From: Squalus acanthias
Taxonomy: Eukaryota
Length of the DNA: 64,000 nt
Assembly: GCA_030390025.1 (NCBI GenBank)
Contig: CM059432.1
Coordinates: 1,674,001 to 1,738,000 of the forward strand
Reading direction: 5' to 3'
In this document: positions 24,687-37,478 of the stretch, in pieces
Layout of the letters: each line of letters starts with the position of its first letter
Numbering within the stretch: the first letter of the stretch is position 1
Notes under the pieces: model-generated
Databases searched by the model: none
What the model saw: the letters and a program-made list of their open reading frames with translations, nothing else
What the model was told of the DNA's origin: nothing
Made by a program: the position numbers and the translations under genes

Positions 24687-24950
24687 CGTCTTCGGCAGCA
24701 CCTCCCAAAACCCGCGACCTCTTCCACCTAGAAGGACAAGGGCAGCAGGCGCATGGGAACACCACCACCTGCAAGTTCCACCTCCAAGTCACACACCATC
24801 CTGACTTGGAAATATATCGGCCATTCCTTCGTCATCGCTGGGTCAAAATCCTGGAACTCCCTCCCTAACAGCACTGTGGGAGCACCTTCACCACACGGAC
24901 TGCAGCGGTTCAAGAAGGTGGCTCACCACCACCTTCTCAAGGGCGATTAG
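24687..24950 (+). mobile_element. LINE family A 3' fragment
   Basis: Match to 841-1100. Confidence 0.85.
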
Positions 24951-25690
24951 AATCATAGAATCATAGAAATTTACGGCACAGAAGGAGGCCATTCGGCCCA
25001 TCGTGTCTGCGCCGGTCGAAAAAGAGCTACCCAGCCTAATCCCACTTTCCAGCTCTTGGTCCGTAGCCCTGTCGGTTACGACACTTCAAGTGCACATCCA
25101 AGTACTTTTTAAATGTGATGAGGGTTTCTGCCTCTACCACCCTTTCAGGCAGTGAGTTCCAGACCCCCACAACCCACTGGGTGAAAAAAAGTTCTCCTCA
25201 ACTCTCCTCTAATCCTTCTACCAATTACTTTAAATCTCTGCCCCTTGGTTATCGACCGCTCTGCCAAGGGAAATAGGTCCTTCCTATCCACTCTATCTCG
25301 GCCCCTCATAATTTTATACACCTCAATTAAGTCTCCCCTCAGCCTCCTCTGTTCCAACGAAAACAACCCCAGTCTCTGGTGGGGGGAGTCCAGAACAAGG
25401 GGGCATAACCTTAAAATTAGAGCCAGGCCGTTCAGGGGTGATGTCAGGAAGCACTTCTTCACACAAAGGGTGGTGGAAATCCAGAACTCTCTCCCCAAAA
25501 AGCTGTTGAGGCTGGGGGTCAATTGAAGATATCAAAACTGAGATTGATAGATTTTTGTTGGGTAGGGGTATTAAGGGTTACGGAACCAAGGCGGGTAAAT
25601 GGAGTTAAGATACAGATCAGCCATGATCTAACTGAATGGCGGAACAGGCTCGAGGGGTTGAATGGCCTCCTCCTGTTCCTATGTTCCTAT
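24949..25690. mobile_element. Two back-to-back CR1 3' fragments (24949-25372 -, 25373-25690 +)
   Basis: CR1 C-terminal motifs and tails pointing outward. Confidence 0.85.
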
Positions 25691-25749
25691 CCTGACACTC
25701 CATGTCACAGAACACAGATCGATGAACGGACAGTACCATTAGATCTTCA

Positions 25750-25883
25750 TGATGCGGAGATGCCGGTGTTGGACTGGGGTGGACAAAAATGAGAAGTCGC
25801 ACAACACCAGGTTATAGTCCAACAGCTTTATTTGATTTCAAATAAAACTGTTGGACTATAACCTGGTGTTGTGCGACTTCTCA
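25750..25883. mobile_element. 134-bp fold-back insertion (probable Penelope-like terminus) with 12-bp TSD
   Basis: Perfect 36-bp inverted arms 25790-25825 / 25848-25883; ATTAGATCTTCA duplicated at 25738-25749 and 25884-25895. Confidence 0.8.
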
Positions 25884-26134
25884 ATTAGATCTTCAGGTAG
25901 ACCTTTCTTTGCTAATGGTTTGGCCCCCCTGAATTTAGATGCATCACATGCTACTATATAGACCAGATTGGGAAATCTACGAACATCATTTTGCAACATA
26001 AACTGCTGTCAAATAATAATTAAGGAAGTTATGCTAAACCTTTAAAATAGGTCTCAGCGGGAGTATTACAGGGAGATTTAATAGAGGTGTTCAAAATTAT
26101 AAAGAAGAAATAAGGAGAAACTGTTTCCAGTGAA

Positions 26135-26476
26135 TCTCGCAGCACAGGAGGAGGCCATTCGGCCCATCGTGCCTGTGCCGGCTCTTTGAAAGAGCTCTCA
26201 ATTAGTCCCACTCCCCCTTGCTCTTTCCCCCATAGCCCTGCAAATTTTTCCACATCAAGTATTTATCCAATTCCCTTTTGAAAGTTACTATTGAATCTGC
26301 TTCCACCGCCCTTTCAGGCAGCGCATTCCAGATCACAACAACTCGCTGCGTAAAAAAAATTCTCCTCATCTCCCCTCTGGTTCTTTTGGCAATTATCTTA
26401 AATCTGTGTCCTCTGGTTACCGACCCTCCTGCCAGTGGAAACGATTTCTCCTTATTTACTCCATCAAAACCCTTCA
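26135..26476 (-). mobile_element. CR1 3' fragment
   Basis: TRGHRFKI...FFTQRVVVIWNALP. Confidence 0.88.
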
Positions 26477-26886
26477 CAAGGACACGCTATGTAAAAACTG
26501 GAAAAAAATAAATATCCGCAAGGCTTCTGAGCCAGTTGGGATATATTGTCGAATGCTGAAGGAATTCAGGGGAGAATTAGTGATGCTTTGCTGGATATTT
26601 TTTCAAAGGTCCGTCAATACTGGAGTTGTACATGGGGAATGGACGATAGCAGGTCTAATTTCTATATAAGGAGCAAAGCAGGAATCTGGCTATTACCGGC
26701 CAGTTAGCCTAACGCCCAGTAGGGACGGTGCTTGAGGGCGCCCTGCAGGATGCTATGAAGGGCATATAGAAAGCACAGGAGTCATAGGGAGCAGTCAGCA
26801 TGGATTTAAAAGTAATAGGTCATGCCCTATTTGAATTCTTTTTGGATGTATCTTAGCCAGTGGAAGAGGGTAATTCAGTAATTCAG

Positions 26887-27560
26887 GGTGCGGTAGTATA
26901 ATGGTTATGTTACTGGTGTAATGATCCCGTTAATTTTTTTTCCCGGGTGTGCAGCCCATTCAATTTCTCGCGCATTGATAGCTATTTGTTAACCAGAAGT
27001 AGGAAGGGATACGAGCCAAAGGCGGGTGTATGGAGTTAGGTCGCAGATCAGCCGTGATCTCATTGAATGGCGGAACAGGCTCGAGGGGCTGAACGGCCTC
27101 CTCCTGTTCCTATGTTCCTGCGCGTGCGCGGTTATTTCAATTGTAAAGCCGTTGAGCAGCCTGCGCGGGACCTCCGGATCGCCGCGTAGCCGCGCTACTT
27201 ATCGTGAACATTGTACTGGACTAATGATCCGGAGACGCGAGTTCAAATCCCACCACGGCAGCTGGGGAATTTAAATCCAGTTAATTAAATATAAAATCGG
27301 GAATATAAAACCTAGTGTCAGTAATGGTGACCATGGTCCTAAAAACCCAGGGGAAGGAAATCTGCCGTCCTTACCCGGTCTGGCCGATATGTGACTCCAG
27401 ACCCACAGCGATGTGGTTGACTCTTAACTGCCCTCTGAAATGGCTGAGCAAGTCACTCAGTTGTATTCAAGAAGGCGGCTCACCACCACCGTCTCGAGGG
27501 CAATTAGGGATGGGCAATAAATGCCGGCCTTGCCAGCGACGCCCACATCCCATGAATCCT
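26887..27560 (+). mobile_element. tRNA-derived SINE sharing the LINE family A tail, interrupted at 26919-27213
   Basis: Head ggtagtataatggttatgttactgg...gagttcaaatccc; tail gggcaattagggatgggcaataaatgccggccttgcc; related pieces at 24225-24410 and 45820-46070. Confidence 0.7.
26919..27213. mobile_element. Possible small hAT-like MITE (contains CR1 tail 26976-27118)
   Basis: Degenerate ends TAATGATCCC / GTGAACATTG; imperfect 8-bp duplication TACTGGTG / TACTGGAC. Confidence 0.35.
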
Positions 27561-28601
27561 TGGAATCTCAAAAATACAAACTCCACTTGTGAGAGGAGAA
27601 GATTAAGGCTGATGGACCGGTTGATAAATTGTCCAGATGGATTGAGAATTCGCTTTCAGCACAAAAGAGACAGGAGTGATAAACAGAAGTGGCTCTGCCT
27701 GGTAAAAGGTAACCAGTATCGTAGGGATCTGTTCTGGGACTCCAGCTGCTCACGATGTTCGGGAATGATGTAGAGTAAGGTGCCTATAGTAGTATCATTA
27801 AACTTGCTGATGACTAAACCCTTCATGATTTTGAACACCTCTATTAAATCTCCCCTTCACCGTCTCTACTCTCAGGAGAACCACCCCAGCTTCTCCAATC
27901 TCTCCACATAACTGAAGTCCCTCCCCCACCCCCGGTCCCATCCTGGTAAATCTCCTCTGCACCCTCTCCAAGGCCTTGACATCCTTCCTAAAGTGTGCTG
28001 CCCAGAATTGGACACAATACTCCCGCTGGGAATGAAAGAAGAAAGACAGACTTGCATTTCTACAGCGCCTTTCACGACCACCGGACGTCCCAAAGCGCTT
28101 TACAGCCAATGAAGTACCTTTTGAAGTGTAGTCACTGCTGTAATGTGGGAAATTTATAAAGGTTTAGCAACATATAGCTTACAGATTGAAAACAGCAAAA
28201 TCACGCGTAAACCTTCAGGTTCATAACCCATAGCTAACCCCTGAAAAACAGAAATTTCTCGGTTAATATTGAGATGTCTTTGTGAAGATATTGGACAATG
28301 TTGGTCAGGCGATATGGAAGGTCGTGGTAAGAACCTAAACTAGAACGCAGCTGTAACACTCCACTGTTAGGAGCTCATTTATCTTTCCATTTGAAGAATT
28401 TCTTTGAAGAAACGTGAAGATCGTTTATTCTTAAGAACAGTGGAATCTGGCCCAGAGTGAAAAAAATAGAACACGGTTGACATAGAATGATTACACAGCG
28501 ATTATGGGAGAATTCAGATACAGGCCCAAGTGAGAAATGTGAAAGCGATGGATTTAGTGATAACAGCCCTGGGGAGAGTGTGGGAGCAGTGATAGTAACC
28601 C

Positions 28602-29400
28602 AGGGGGGAGGGAAAAGGCAGAGGGGGTGGTTGAGAGAGGGGAAAGGGAGAGGGGGAGGGGCGATTGAGGGGTGAAGGGAGAGGGGAGACGATTGAGAGG
28701 GGGGGAAGGGGACTATTAAGAGGGGGAGGGGATGACTGAGAGGGGGAGGAGGTGATCGAGAGAGAGAGGAGATCGGGGGGGGCGATCTAGAGGGGGACGG
28801 GCGATCGAAGGGGGTAGGGGGTGATCGAGAAGGGGAGGGGCGATCGAGAGAGGGAGGGGAGATCGAGGGGGAGCGATCTACAGGGGCTGGTGGCGATTGA
28901 GCGGGGTGAGGGCTGAGGGGGTGAACGAGAGTGGGGCCTCGATCTGCAGGGGGCTGAGCGGGGGGAGGGGCCGAGTGGGGGTGGAGGGGCCGAACAGGGG
29001 AGGGGCCGAGCGTGGGGGGGAGGGGGCCAAGCGGGGGAGGGGCCAAGCGGGGAGGGGCCGAGCCGGGGGGGGGGGGCTGAGCGGGGGGGGAGGGGCCAGC
29101 GGGGGCTGGGGGGAGGGGCCGGGGGGAGGTGCTGGGGGGGAGGGGTCGAGTGGGGGGGAGGGGTAGAGTGGGGGGCGCGAACGGGGGAGGGGCCGAGCGG
29201 GGAGGGGCCGAGCCGGGGAGGGGGCTGAGCGGGGGGAGGGGCCAGCAGGGGGTGGGGGAAGGGGCCGAGCGGGTGAGGGGCCGGGGGGGGATGGGCCGAG
29301 TGGGGGGGGAGGGGCCGAGCGGGGTGGAGGGGCTGAGTGGGGGGAGGGGCTGAGTGGGGGGGGCTGAGCGGGGGAGGGGCTGAGCGGGGGGAGGTGGCGG
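28602..29400 (+). repeat. G-rich low-complexity tandem tract
   Basis: Degenerate GGGGGAGGGCGATCGA units then GGGGGAGGGGCCGAGC units. Confidence 0.9.
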
Positions 29401-29634
29401 CCTCCAGCGGTCCCTTTACGGATCTCCGGTTAGGCCGCATGTCGACCGGGTTATCCTGAATGCAGTAGATCCCGGCTCAGGCTGCTTTCAGGGAAGCCCA
29501 GTTTTTGAAAGGGGGCCTCACTTAGGCGTGAGGACTTTTATTTGCATCTCCAAAGGGCCTAACACCTATTTCCGGCCACCTTTCCAAAATTGGGCTGCCT
29601 CTACTGGAGCCTTTACCAATATGGCGGACGGCGC

Positions 29635-30517
29635 ACTTCCTAAGCTCTGAAATTCCCTCCCGAAACCTCTCCGCCGCTCTCTCTTCCTTTAAGACGCTCC
29701 TTAAAACCTACCTCTTTGACCAAGCTTTTGGTCACCTGCCGTAGTACAGCCGTGGCTCAGTGGGTAGCACCCTCGCCTCTGAGTCAGAAGGTTGTGGGTT
29801 CAAGTCCCACTCCAGGGACTTGAGCACATAAATCAAGGCTGACACTCCAGTGCCATGCTGAGGGAGTGCTGCTCTGTCAGAGGTGCCGTCTTTTGGATGA
29901 GATGTTAAACCGAGGTCCCGTCTGCTCTCTCAGGTGGATGAAAAAGATCCCACGGCCACTATTTCGAAGGAGAGCAGGGGAGTTATCCCCCGGTGTCCTG
30001 GGGCCAATATTTATCCCTCAACCAACATCACTAAAACAGATTATCTGGTCATTATCACATTGCTGTTTGTGGGAGCTTGCTGTGAGCAAACTGGCTGCTG
30101 TGTTTCCTACATTACAACAGTGACTACACTTCAAAAGTACTTAATTGGCTGTAAAGCGCTTTGAGACGTCCGGTGGTCGTGAAAGGCGCTGTAGAAATGC
30201 AAGTCTTTTTTTATAAACCCAAGTAACCCATATGCTTTTTTAACCACCTTATCAACTTGCCCTGCCACCTTTAAGGATTTGTGTATATGGACTCCGAGAT
30301 CTCTCTGCTCATTTACACTTTTCAAAATCGTGCCAGTAATAGTATACTGTCTTTCCATATTAGTCCTCCCAAAGTGCGTCACTTCACACTTCTCCACCTG
30401 TCCTAATATCTCCTTATGTGGTTCGGTGTCAAATTTTGTCTGATTTACGCTCCTGTGAAGCGCTTTGGGACGTTTTACTACGTTAAAGGCGCTATATAAA
30501 TATAAGTTGTTGTTGTT
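29635..30517 (+). mobile_element. L2-type tail (29635-29740 + 30395-30517) interrupted by DeuSINE 29749-30205 and CR1 fragment 30210-30395
   Basis: L2 tail stops at ggtcacctg and resumes at cacctgtcctaatatctcc; full DeuSINE in between. Confidence 0.8.
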
Positions 30518-30644
30518 GGGAAGTGTGCGCGCGTGCACCGCCCGCCTGACTGGATTATTAAGGGTCCATTTCACGCCTGCAAAACGGGAGTGGTGTCAAC
30601 GAATGTCTGGGCCCACAGCGTGTCTTACTGACTTCCCCCTTGAA

Positions 30645-31195
30645 CACAGTTTTGGTCTCCTTATTTAAGGAAGGATATACTTGCATTGGAGGCAGTTCAG
30701 AGAAGGTTCACGAGGTTGATTCCGGAGTTGAAGGGGTTGTCTTATGAGGAAAGGATGAGCAGGTTGGGCCTATACTCATTGGAGTTTAGAAGAATGAGAG
30801 GGGATCTTATTGAAACATATAAGATTCTGAAGGGGCTTGACAGGGTAGATGCAGAGAGGATGTTTCCCCTCGTGGGGGAATCTAGAACTAGGGGGCATAA
30901 TTTCAGAATAAGGGGAAACCCTTTTAAATCGGAGATGAGGGGGAATTTCTTCTCTCAGGGTGTCGTGAATCTTTGGAATTCTCTTCCCCAGAGAGCTGTG
31001 GAGGCTGGGTCATTGAATATATTTAAGATGGAGATAGACAGATTTTTGAAAGGTAAGGGAGTCGAGGGTTATGGGGAGCGGGCAGGGAAGTGGAGTTGAG
31101 GCCAAGATCGGATCAGTATGATCTTATTGAATGGCGGAGCAGGCTCGAGGGGCCGAATGGCTGACTCCTGCTCCTACGTCTTATGTTTGATGTCT
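30645..31195 (+). mobile_element. CR1 3' fragment
   Basis: VQRRFTRLIP...VVNLWNSLP and tail. Confidence 0.92.
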
Positions 31196-31434
31196 TATAC
31201 TTTTGCCGTAAATGGTTGACATGTTGCCAACATTACCCTCGATCCTGGACGCACTTTTGTTTAAAGCTGCAATGTGCCCGTTAAGAAACGTGTTTGGCGA
31301 ATCTACACCTGTGTTGGGATGGTGAAGAGTGCCTTGAGGCACGGCCTTCTCTCTTTGTCACGGTGACTTCACCAGCTCGTGACCCAATCTACCTCAGCGA
31401 CACCATTACACCGCGCTTGTGTGAGCCGATATCA

Positions 31435-32180
31435 CAACAACAACAACAACAACTTGGATTTATATAGCGCCTTTAACGTAGTAAAACGTCCCAAGGCGCT
31501 GCACAGGAGTATTTTAAGACAAAAAATTTGACACCGATCCAAACAAGGATAAATTAGGGCAGGCGACCAAAAGCTTGGTCAAAGAGGTAGGTTTTAAGGA
31601 GCGTCTTAAAGGAGGAGAGAGAGGTAGAGAGACGGAAAGGTTTAGGGAGGGAATTCCAGAGCTTAGGGCCCAGGCAACAGAAGGCACGGCCACCAATGGT
31701 TGAACGATTATAATCAGGGATGCTCAAGAGGGCAGAATTAGAGGAGCGCAGAGATCTCGGGGGGTGGGTTGTGGGGCTGAAGGAGATTACAGAGATAGGG
31801 AGGGGCGAGGGCCATGGAGGGATTTGAAAACAAGGATGAGAATTTTGAAATCAAGGCGCTGCTTAACCGGGAGCCAATATAGGTCAGCGAGCACAGGGGG
31901 TGATGGGTGAACGGGACTTGGTGCGAGTTAGGACACGGGCAGCCGAATTTTGGATGACCTCAAGTTTACATGGGGTGGAATGTGGGAGGCCAGCCAGGAG
32001 TGCGTTGGAATAGTCAAGTCTAGAGGTAACAAAGGCATGGATGAGGGTTTCAGCAGCGGATGAGCTGAGGCAAGGGTGGAGACGGGCGATGTTACGGAGG
32101 TGGAAGTAGGCGGTCTTTGTTATGCTGCGGATAGGTGGTCGGAAGGTTCATTTCGGGGTCAAATATGACACCAAGGTTTG
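31435..32180 (-). mobile_element. L2-type LINE 3' fragment
   Basis: Minus strand LIHAFVTSRLDYSNALLAGLP motif; (TTG)n tail. Confidence 0.9.
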
Positions 32181-33094
32181 CCAGACAGGAATTTTTATTT
32201 TTCTCTTTAAACCTCACACTTTTTCTGAGCAACAATGCCCATAGTTTGCTCCTTTACTTTATTTTCTTTAGCTCAAGCATACCGGCGGCTCTTAAAAAAA
32301 AAAATTAAATGACTAAAACATGATCTCTTGTCAATATGTGCGCTGTGTTATACACACATCGCTCCCCTGGGCCTGTCTCGCTGATTCCACCCACATCCAC
32401 ATCGCTCCCCTGGGCCAGTCTCACTCATTCCACCCGCACTTATATTAATCCCACAGGCCAAAAATTCCTCAGCAGAGTTCTGCAGCAGTGTTGCCCATGG
32501 TAACAGAATGCCTCGCAGTATCCTGCTCTCTGTAGTCAGTCAGCAAGTTCCCTTTGTTTTGGCTTTATTTATTCGTCTGTTATTTTGGAAAATGTACTTC
32601 CGAGCCATGTGGTTTAAAGACCGTAGAACCATACAGCGCAGGAGGAGGCCCTTCGGCCCATCCAGCCTGTGCCGGCTCTTTGGCCGAGCTCTCCAAATTA
32701 GTCTCACTCTCCCCCCCCACCCCCACCACCCCTGCTCTTTCCCCACAGCCCTGCAAATTTTTCCTTTTCAATTATTTATCCAATTCCCCTTTTGAAAGTC
32801 ACTATTGAATCTGCTTCCAGCGCATTCCAGATCATAAAAACTGGCTGCGTTTAAAAAAAAATTTGAAGTGTAGTCGCTGTTGTAATGTGGGAAACGCGGC
32901 CGTCAATTTGCGCACAGCAAGCTCCCACAAACAGCAATGTGATAATGACCAGATCATCTGTTTTTACTGATGTTGATTGAGGGATAAATATTGGCCCCAG
33001 GACACTGGGGAGAAGTCCCCTGCTCTTCTTCGAAATAGTGCCATGGGATCTTTTACACCCACCTGAGAGAGCAGACGGGGCCTCGTTTTTAAAA

Positions 33095-34620
33095 ATGTAT
33101 TCATTTTTATGGGATGTGGGCGTCGCTGGCAGGGCCGGCATTTATTGCCCATCCCTAATTACCCTTGAGAAGGTGGTGGTGAGCCGCCTTCTTGAACCAC
33201 TGCAGTCCATGTGGTGAAGGTGCTCCCACAGTGCTGTTAGGGAAGGAATTCCAGGATATTGACCCAGCGACAATGAAGGAACGGCCGATATACTTCCAAG
33301 TCAGGATGGTGTGTGACTTGGAGGTGGTGGTGTTCCCATGCACCTGCTGCCCTTGTCCTTCTAGGTGGAAGAGGTCGCAGGTTTGGGAGGTGCTGCCGAA
33401 GAAGCCTTGGCAAGTTGCTGCAGTGCATCTTGTAGATGGTATACACTGCAGCCATGGTACGCCGGTGGTGGAGGGAGTGGATGTTTAAGGTGGTAGAGGG
33501 GGTGCCAATCAAGCGGGCTGCTTTGTCCTGGATAGTGTCAAGCTTCTTGAGTGTTGTTGTAGCTGCACTCATCCAGGCAAGTGGAGAGTATTGCATCACA
33601 CTCCTTACTTGTGCCTTGTAGATGGTAGAAAGGCTTTGGTGACACTCGCCGCAGAATACCTAGACTCTGACCTGCTCTTGTTGCCACAGTATTTATGTGG
33701 CTGGTCCAGTTAAGTTTCTGGTCAATGGTGACCCCCAGGATGTTGATGGTGGGGTATTCGGTGATGGTAAAGTCATTGAATGTCAAGGGGCGGTGTTTTG
33801 ACTCTCGCTTGTTGGAGATAGTCATTGCCTTGCACTTCTGTGCCGTGAATGTTACCTGCCACTTATCAGCCCAAGCCTGAACGTCGTCCAGGTCTTGTTG
33901 CATGCGGGCAAGGACTGCTTCATTATCTGAGGAGTTGTGAATGGCGCTGAACACTGTGCAGTCATCAGCGAACATTCCTATTTCTGACCTTATGTTGGAG
34001 GGAAGGTCATTGATGAAGCAGCTGAAGATGGTTGGACCTAAGACACTACCCTGAGGAACTCCTGCAGCGATGTCCTGGGGCTGTGATGATTGACCTACAA
34101 TCACCACAACCATCTTCCAGTGGAGAGTTTTCCCCCGATTACCATTGACTTCAGTTTTACTAGGGCTCTTTGATGCCACACTCGGTCAAATGCTGCCTAG
34201 ATGTCAAGGGCAGTCACTCTCACCTCACCTCTGGAATTCAGCTCCTTTGTCCATGTTTGGACCAAGGCTGTAATGAGGTCGGGAGCCGAGTGGTCCTGGC
34301 GGAACCCAAACTGAGCATCAGTGAGCAGGTTATTGGTGAGTAAGTGCTGCTTGATAGCACTGTCGACGACACCTTCCATCACTTTGCTGATGATTGAGAG
34401 TAGACTGATGGGGCGGTAATTGGCCGGATTGGATTTGTCCTGCTTTTTGTGGACAGGAGACACCTGGGCAGTTTTCCACATTGTCGGATAGATGCCAGTG
34501 TTGTAGCTGTACTGGAACAACTTGGCTAAAGGCGTGGCTAGTTCTGGAGCATAAATCTTCAGCACGATAGTCGGGATGTTGGCAGGGCCCATAGCCTTTG
34601 CTGTATCCAGTGCGCTCAGC
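33095..34620 (-). mobile_element. LINE family A RT fragment
   Basis: NYRPISLLSIISKVME, QFGFRQ, ALDI, GVPQGSVLGP, MFADD, tail. Confidence 0.92.
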
Positions 34621-36332
34621 TGTTTAACGTCTCATCTGAAAGACAGCCCCTCCGTCAGTGCAACACTCCCTCAGTACTGCACTGGAATGTTAGCCTAGAT
34701 TTTTGTGCTCAAGTCTCAGGAGTGGGATTTGAACCCAGAACCTTCTGACTCACAGGTGGAAGTGAATCATAGAATCATAGAAAGTTACAGCACGGAAGGA
34801 GGCCACTTCGGCCCAAAGAGCTATCCAGCCTAATCCCACTTCCCAGCTCTTGGTCCGTAGCCCCGCAGGTTAGAGCATCCCAAGTGCACATCCAAGTACT
34901 TTTTAAATGTGATTAGGGTTCCTGCCTCTACCACCCTTTCAGGCAGTGAGTTCCAGACCCCCACAACCCTCTGGGTGAAGAAATTTCCCCTCAAATCCCC
35001 TCCAAACCTTCCACCAATTACTTTAAATCTGTTCCCCCCTTTTTTTTGACCCCTCTGCTAAGGGAAATAGGTCCTTTCTATCCACTTTATCTAGGCCCCT
35101 CATAATTTTATACACCTCAATAAGGTCTCCCCTCAGCCTCCTCTGTTCCAAGGAAAACAGACCCAGCCTATCCAGTCTTTCCTCATAGCTAAGATTCTCT
35201 ACTCCCGGCAACATCCTTGTAAATCTCCTCTGTACCCTCTCTAGTGCAATCACATCTTTCCTGTAATGTGGTGACCAGAACTGCACGCAATACTCTAGCT
35301 GAGGCCTAACTAGTGTTTTATACAGTTGAAGCATAAACCCCTGCTCTTGTATTCTATGCCACGGCCTAATAAAGGCAAGCATTCCGTATGCTTTCTTAAC
35401 CACCTTATCTACCTGGCCTGCTACCTTCAGGGATCTGTGGACATGCACTCCAAGGTCCCTTTATTCCTCTACGCTACTCAGTGTCCTACCATTTAATGTG
35501 TATTCCCTTTCCTTGTTAGCCCTCCCCAAATGCATTACCTCACACTTCTCCTTATTGAATTCCATTTGCCACTGTTCTGCCCACCTGACCAATTTATTGA
35601 TATCTTCCTGCAGTCTACAGCTTCCTTCTTCAGTATCAACCACTCAGCCAATTTTAGTATCATCTGCAAACTTCTTAATCATACCCCCTATATTCAAGTC
35701 TAGATCATTGATATATACCACAAAAAGCAAGGGACCTAGTACTGAGCCCTGCGGAACCCCACTGGAAACAGCCTTCCAGTCACAAAAACACCCATCAACC
35801 ATTACCCTCTGCTTTCTGTCTCCGAGCTAGTTTTCAATCCAACTTGACACTTTGCCCTGGATCCCATGGGCTTTTAACTTCTTGACCAGTCTGCCATGTG
35901 GAACCTTATCAAAAGCCTTGCTAAAGTCCATATACACTACATCAAATGCACTACCCTCATCTACCCTCCTTGTTACCTCCTCAAAAAATTCAATCAAGTT
36001 TGTCAGACACGACCTTCCCTTAACAAATCCATGCTGACTATCCTTGATTAATCCGTGTCTTTCTAAATGAAGATTTATCCTGTCCTTCAGAATTCTTTCC
36101 AATAATTTTCCCACCACCGAGGTTAGGCTGACTGGCCTGTAATTACTTGGTCTATCCTTTTCTCCCTTTTTAAACAAGGGTACCACATTACCAGTCCTCT
36201 GGCACCACAGCTGAAGCCAGAGAGGATTGAAAAATAATGGGCAGGGCCTCTGCTATTTCCTCTTTTGCTTCACTTAACAGCCTGGGATACATTTAATCCG
36301 GGCCTGGGGATTTATCCACTTTTAAAGCTGCT

Positions 36333-36952
36333 AAACATAGAAACATAGAAGATAGGAGCAGGAGTAGGCCATTCGGCCCCTCGAGCCTGCTCCGCCATTC
36401 GATGAGATCATGGCTGATCATCCAAACTCAGTACCCTGTCCCTGCTTTCTCCCCATATCCCTTGATCCCTTTAGCCTTAAGAAATATATCTAACTCCTTC
36501 TTGAATATATTTAATGAATTGGCCTCTACTGCCTTGTGTGGTAGAGAATTCCACAGGTTCACCACTCTCTGGGTGAAGAAATTCCTCCTCATCTCAGTCC
36601 TAAATGGCTTACCCCTTATCCTCAGACTGTGACCCCTGGTTCTGGACTGCCCCGCCATCGGGAACATCCTTCCTGCATCTAGTCTGTCTAGTCCTGTTAG
36701 AATTTTATAAGTTTCAATGAGATCCCCTCTCATTCTTCTATACTCCAGCGAGTATAAGCCCAATCGACCCAATCTCTCCTCATACGTCATTCCTGCCATC
36801 CCAGGTATCAGCCTTGTGAATCTTCGCTGCACTCCCTCCATGGCAAGAACATCCTTCCTCAGATAAGGCGACCAAAACTGTCCACAATACTCAAGGTGTG
36901 GTCTCACCAAGGCCCTGTACAACTGCAGCAAGACATCCTTGCTCCTGTACTC
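36333..36952 (-). mobile_element. CR1 3' fragment nested in the full-length CR1
   Basis: LYRALVRPHLEYC...; near-identical subfamily copy at 57420-57965. Confidence 0.9.
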
Positions 36953-37478
36953 GACCCCTTAATACATCCTCTCTCACTATGTTTATTCCATCTAATATTT
37001 CACACTCCTCCCCCCCGATAGCAATGTCTGCTTCACCCCTCTCCTTTGTGAAAACAGACGCAAAGTATTCATTAAGAACCCTACCGACGTCTCCCGCCTC
37101 CACACACAGATTACACTCATGGGGGTAGAAATTAGGTCGCGCCCCATTTGGGGCGCAAATATCGTCCGGACGCAAATATTAGCGCCTGGCGCTAATTATC
37201 GGCACTGACAGGAAACTTCACTTTTACCGCCCCGGGAGGTGAGTGGAGCGCTAAAGCAGGCGCGGCACACCTGTCTTAAGGCGCAAAGGCCAAGGAGTGA
37301 GGCGCTAACTCAGCGCACGAGCGCAGCGCAGCTGCTGCCAGTTAGCGAGGGAACACAGACACACTGGCGCCGGACACTTCTTAAAGCGGGGGGGGCCACT
37401 TGCTCCCCAGCCACACCCTGCTCATTGCAGCCTTGAATCTCAGCCTGGAGAGACCTGTAATCCATTTTGCTGCCAAGC

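Larger units (their letters stand above)
26490..27800 (+). mobile_element. Second ancient CR1 RT remnant (26490-26880, 27590-27800) split by insertions
   Basis: GEWTIA, YYRPVSLT, SQHGF, and a degenerate VPxGSVLG in the distal piece. Confidence 0.65.

Noticed and set aside
28375..29440. Proline-rich and glycine-rich ORFs
   Set aside because: Low-complexity G tract with no domain, codon structure or splice support.
32355..32440. Two-copy ~43-bp tandem duplication
   Set aside because: Real but unremarkable simple duplication with no further structure.
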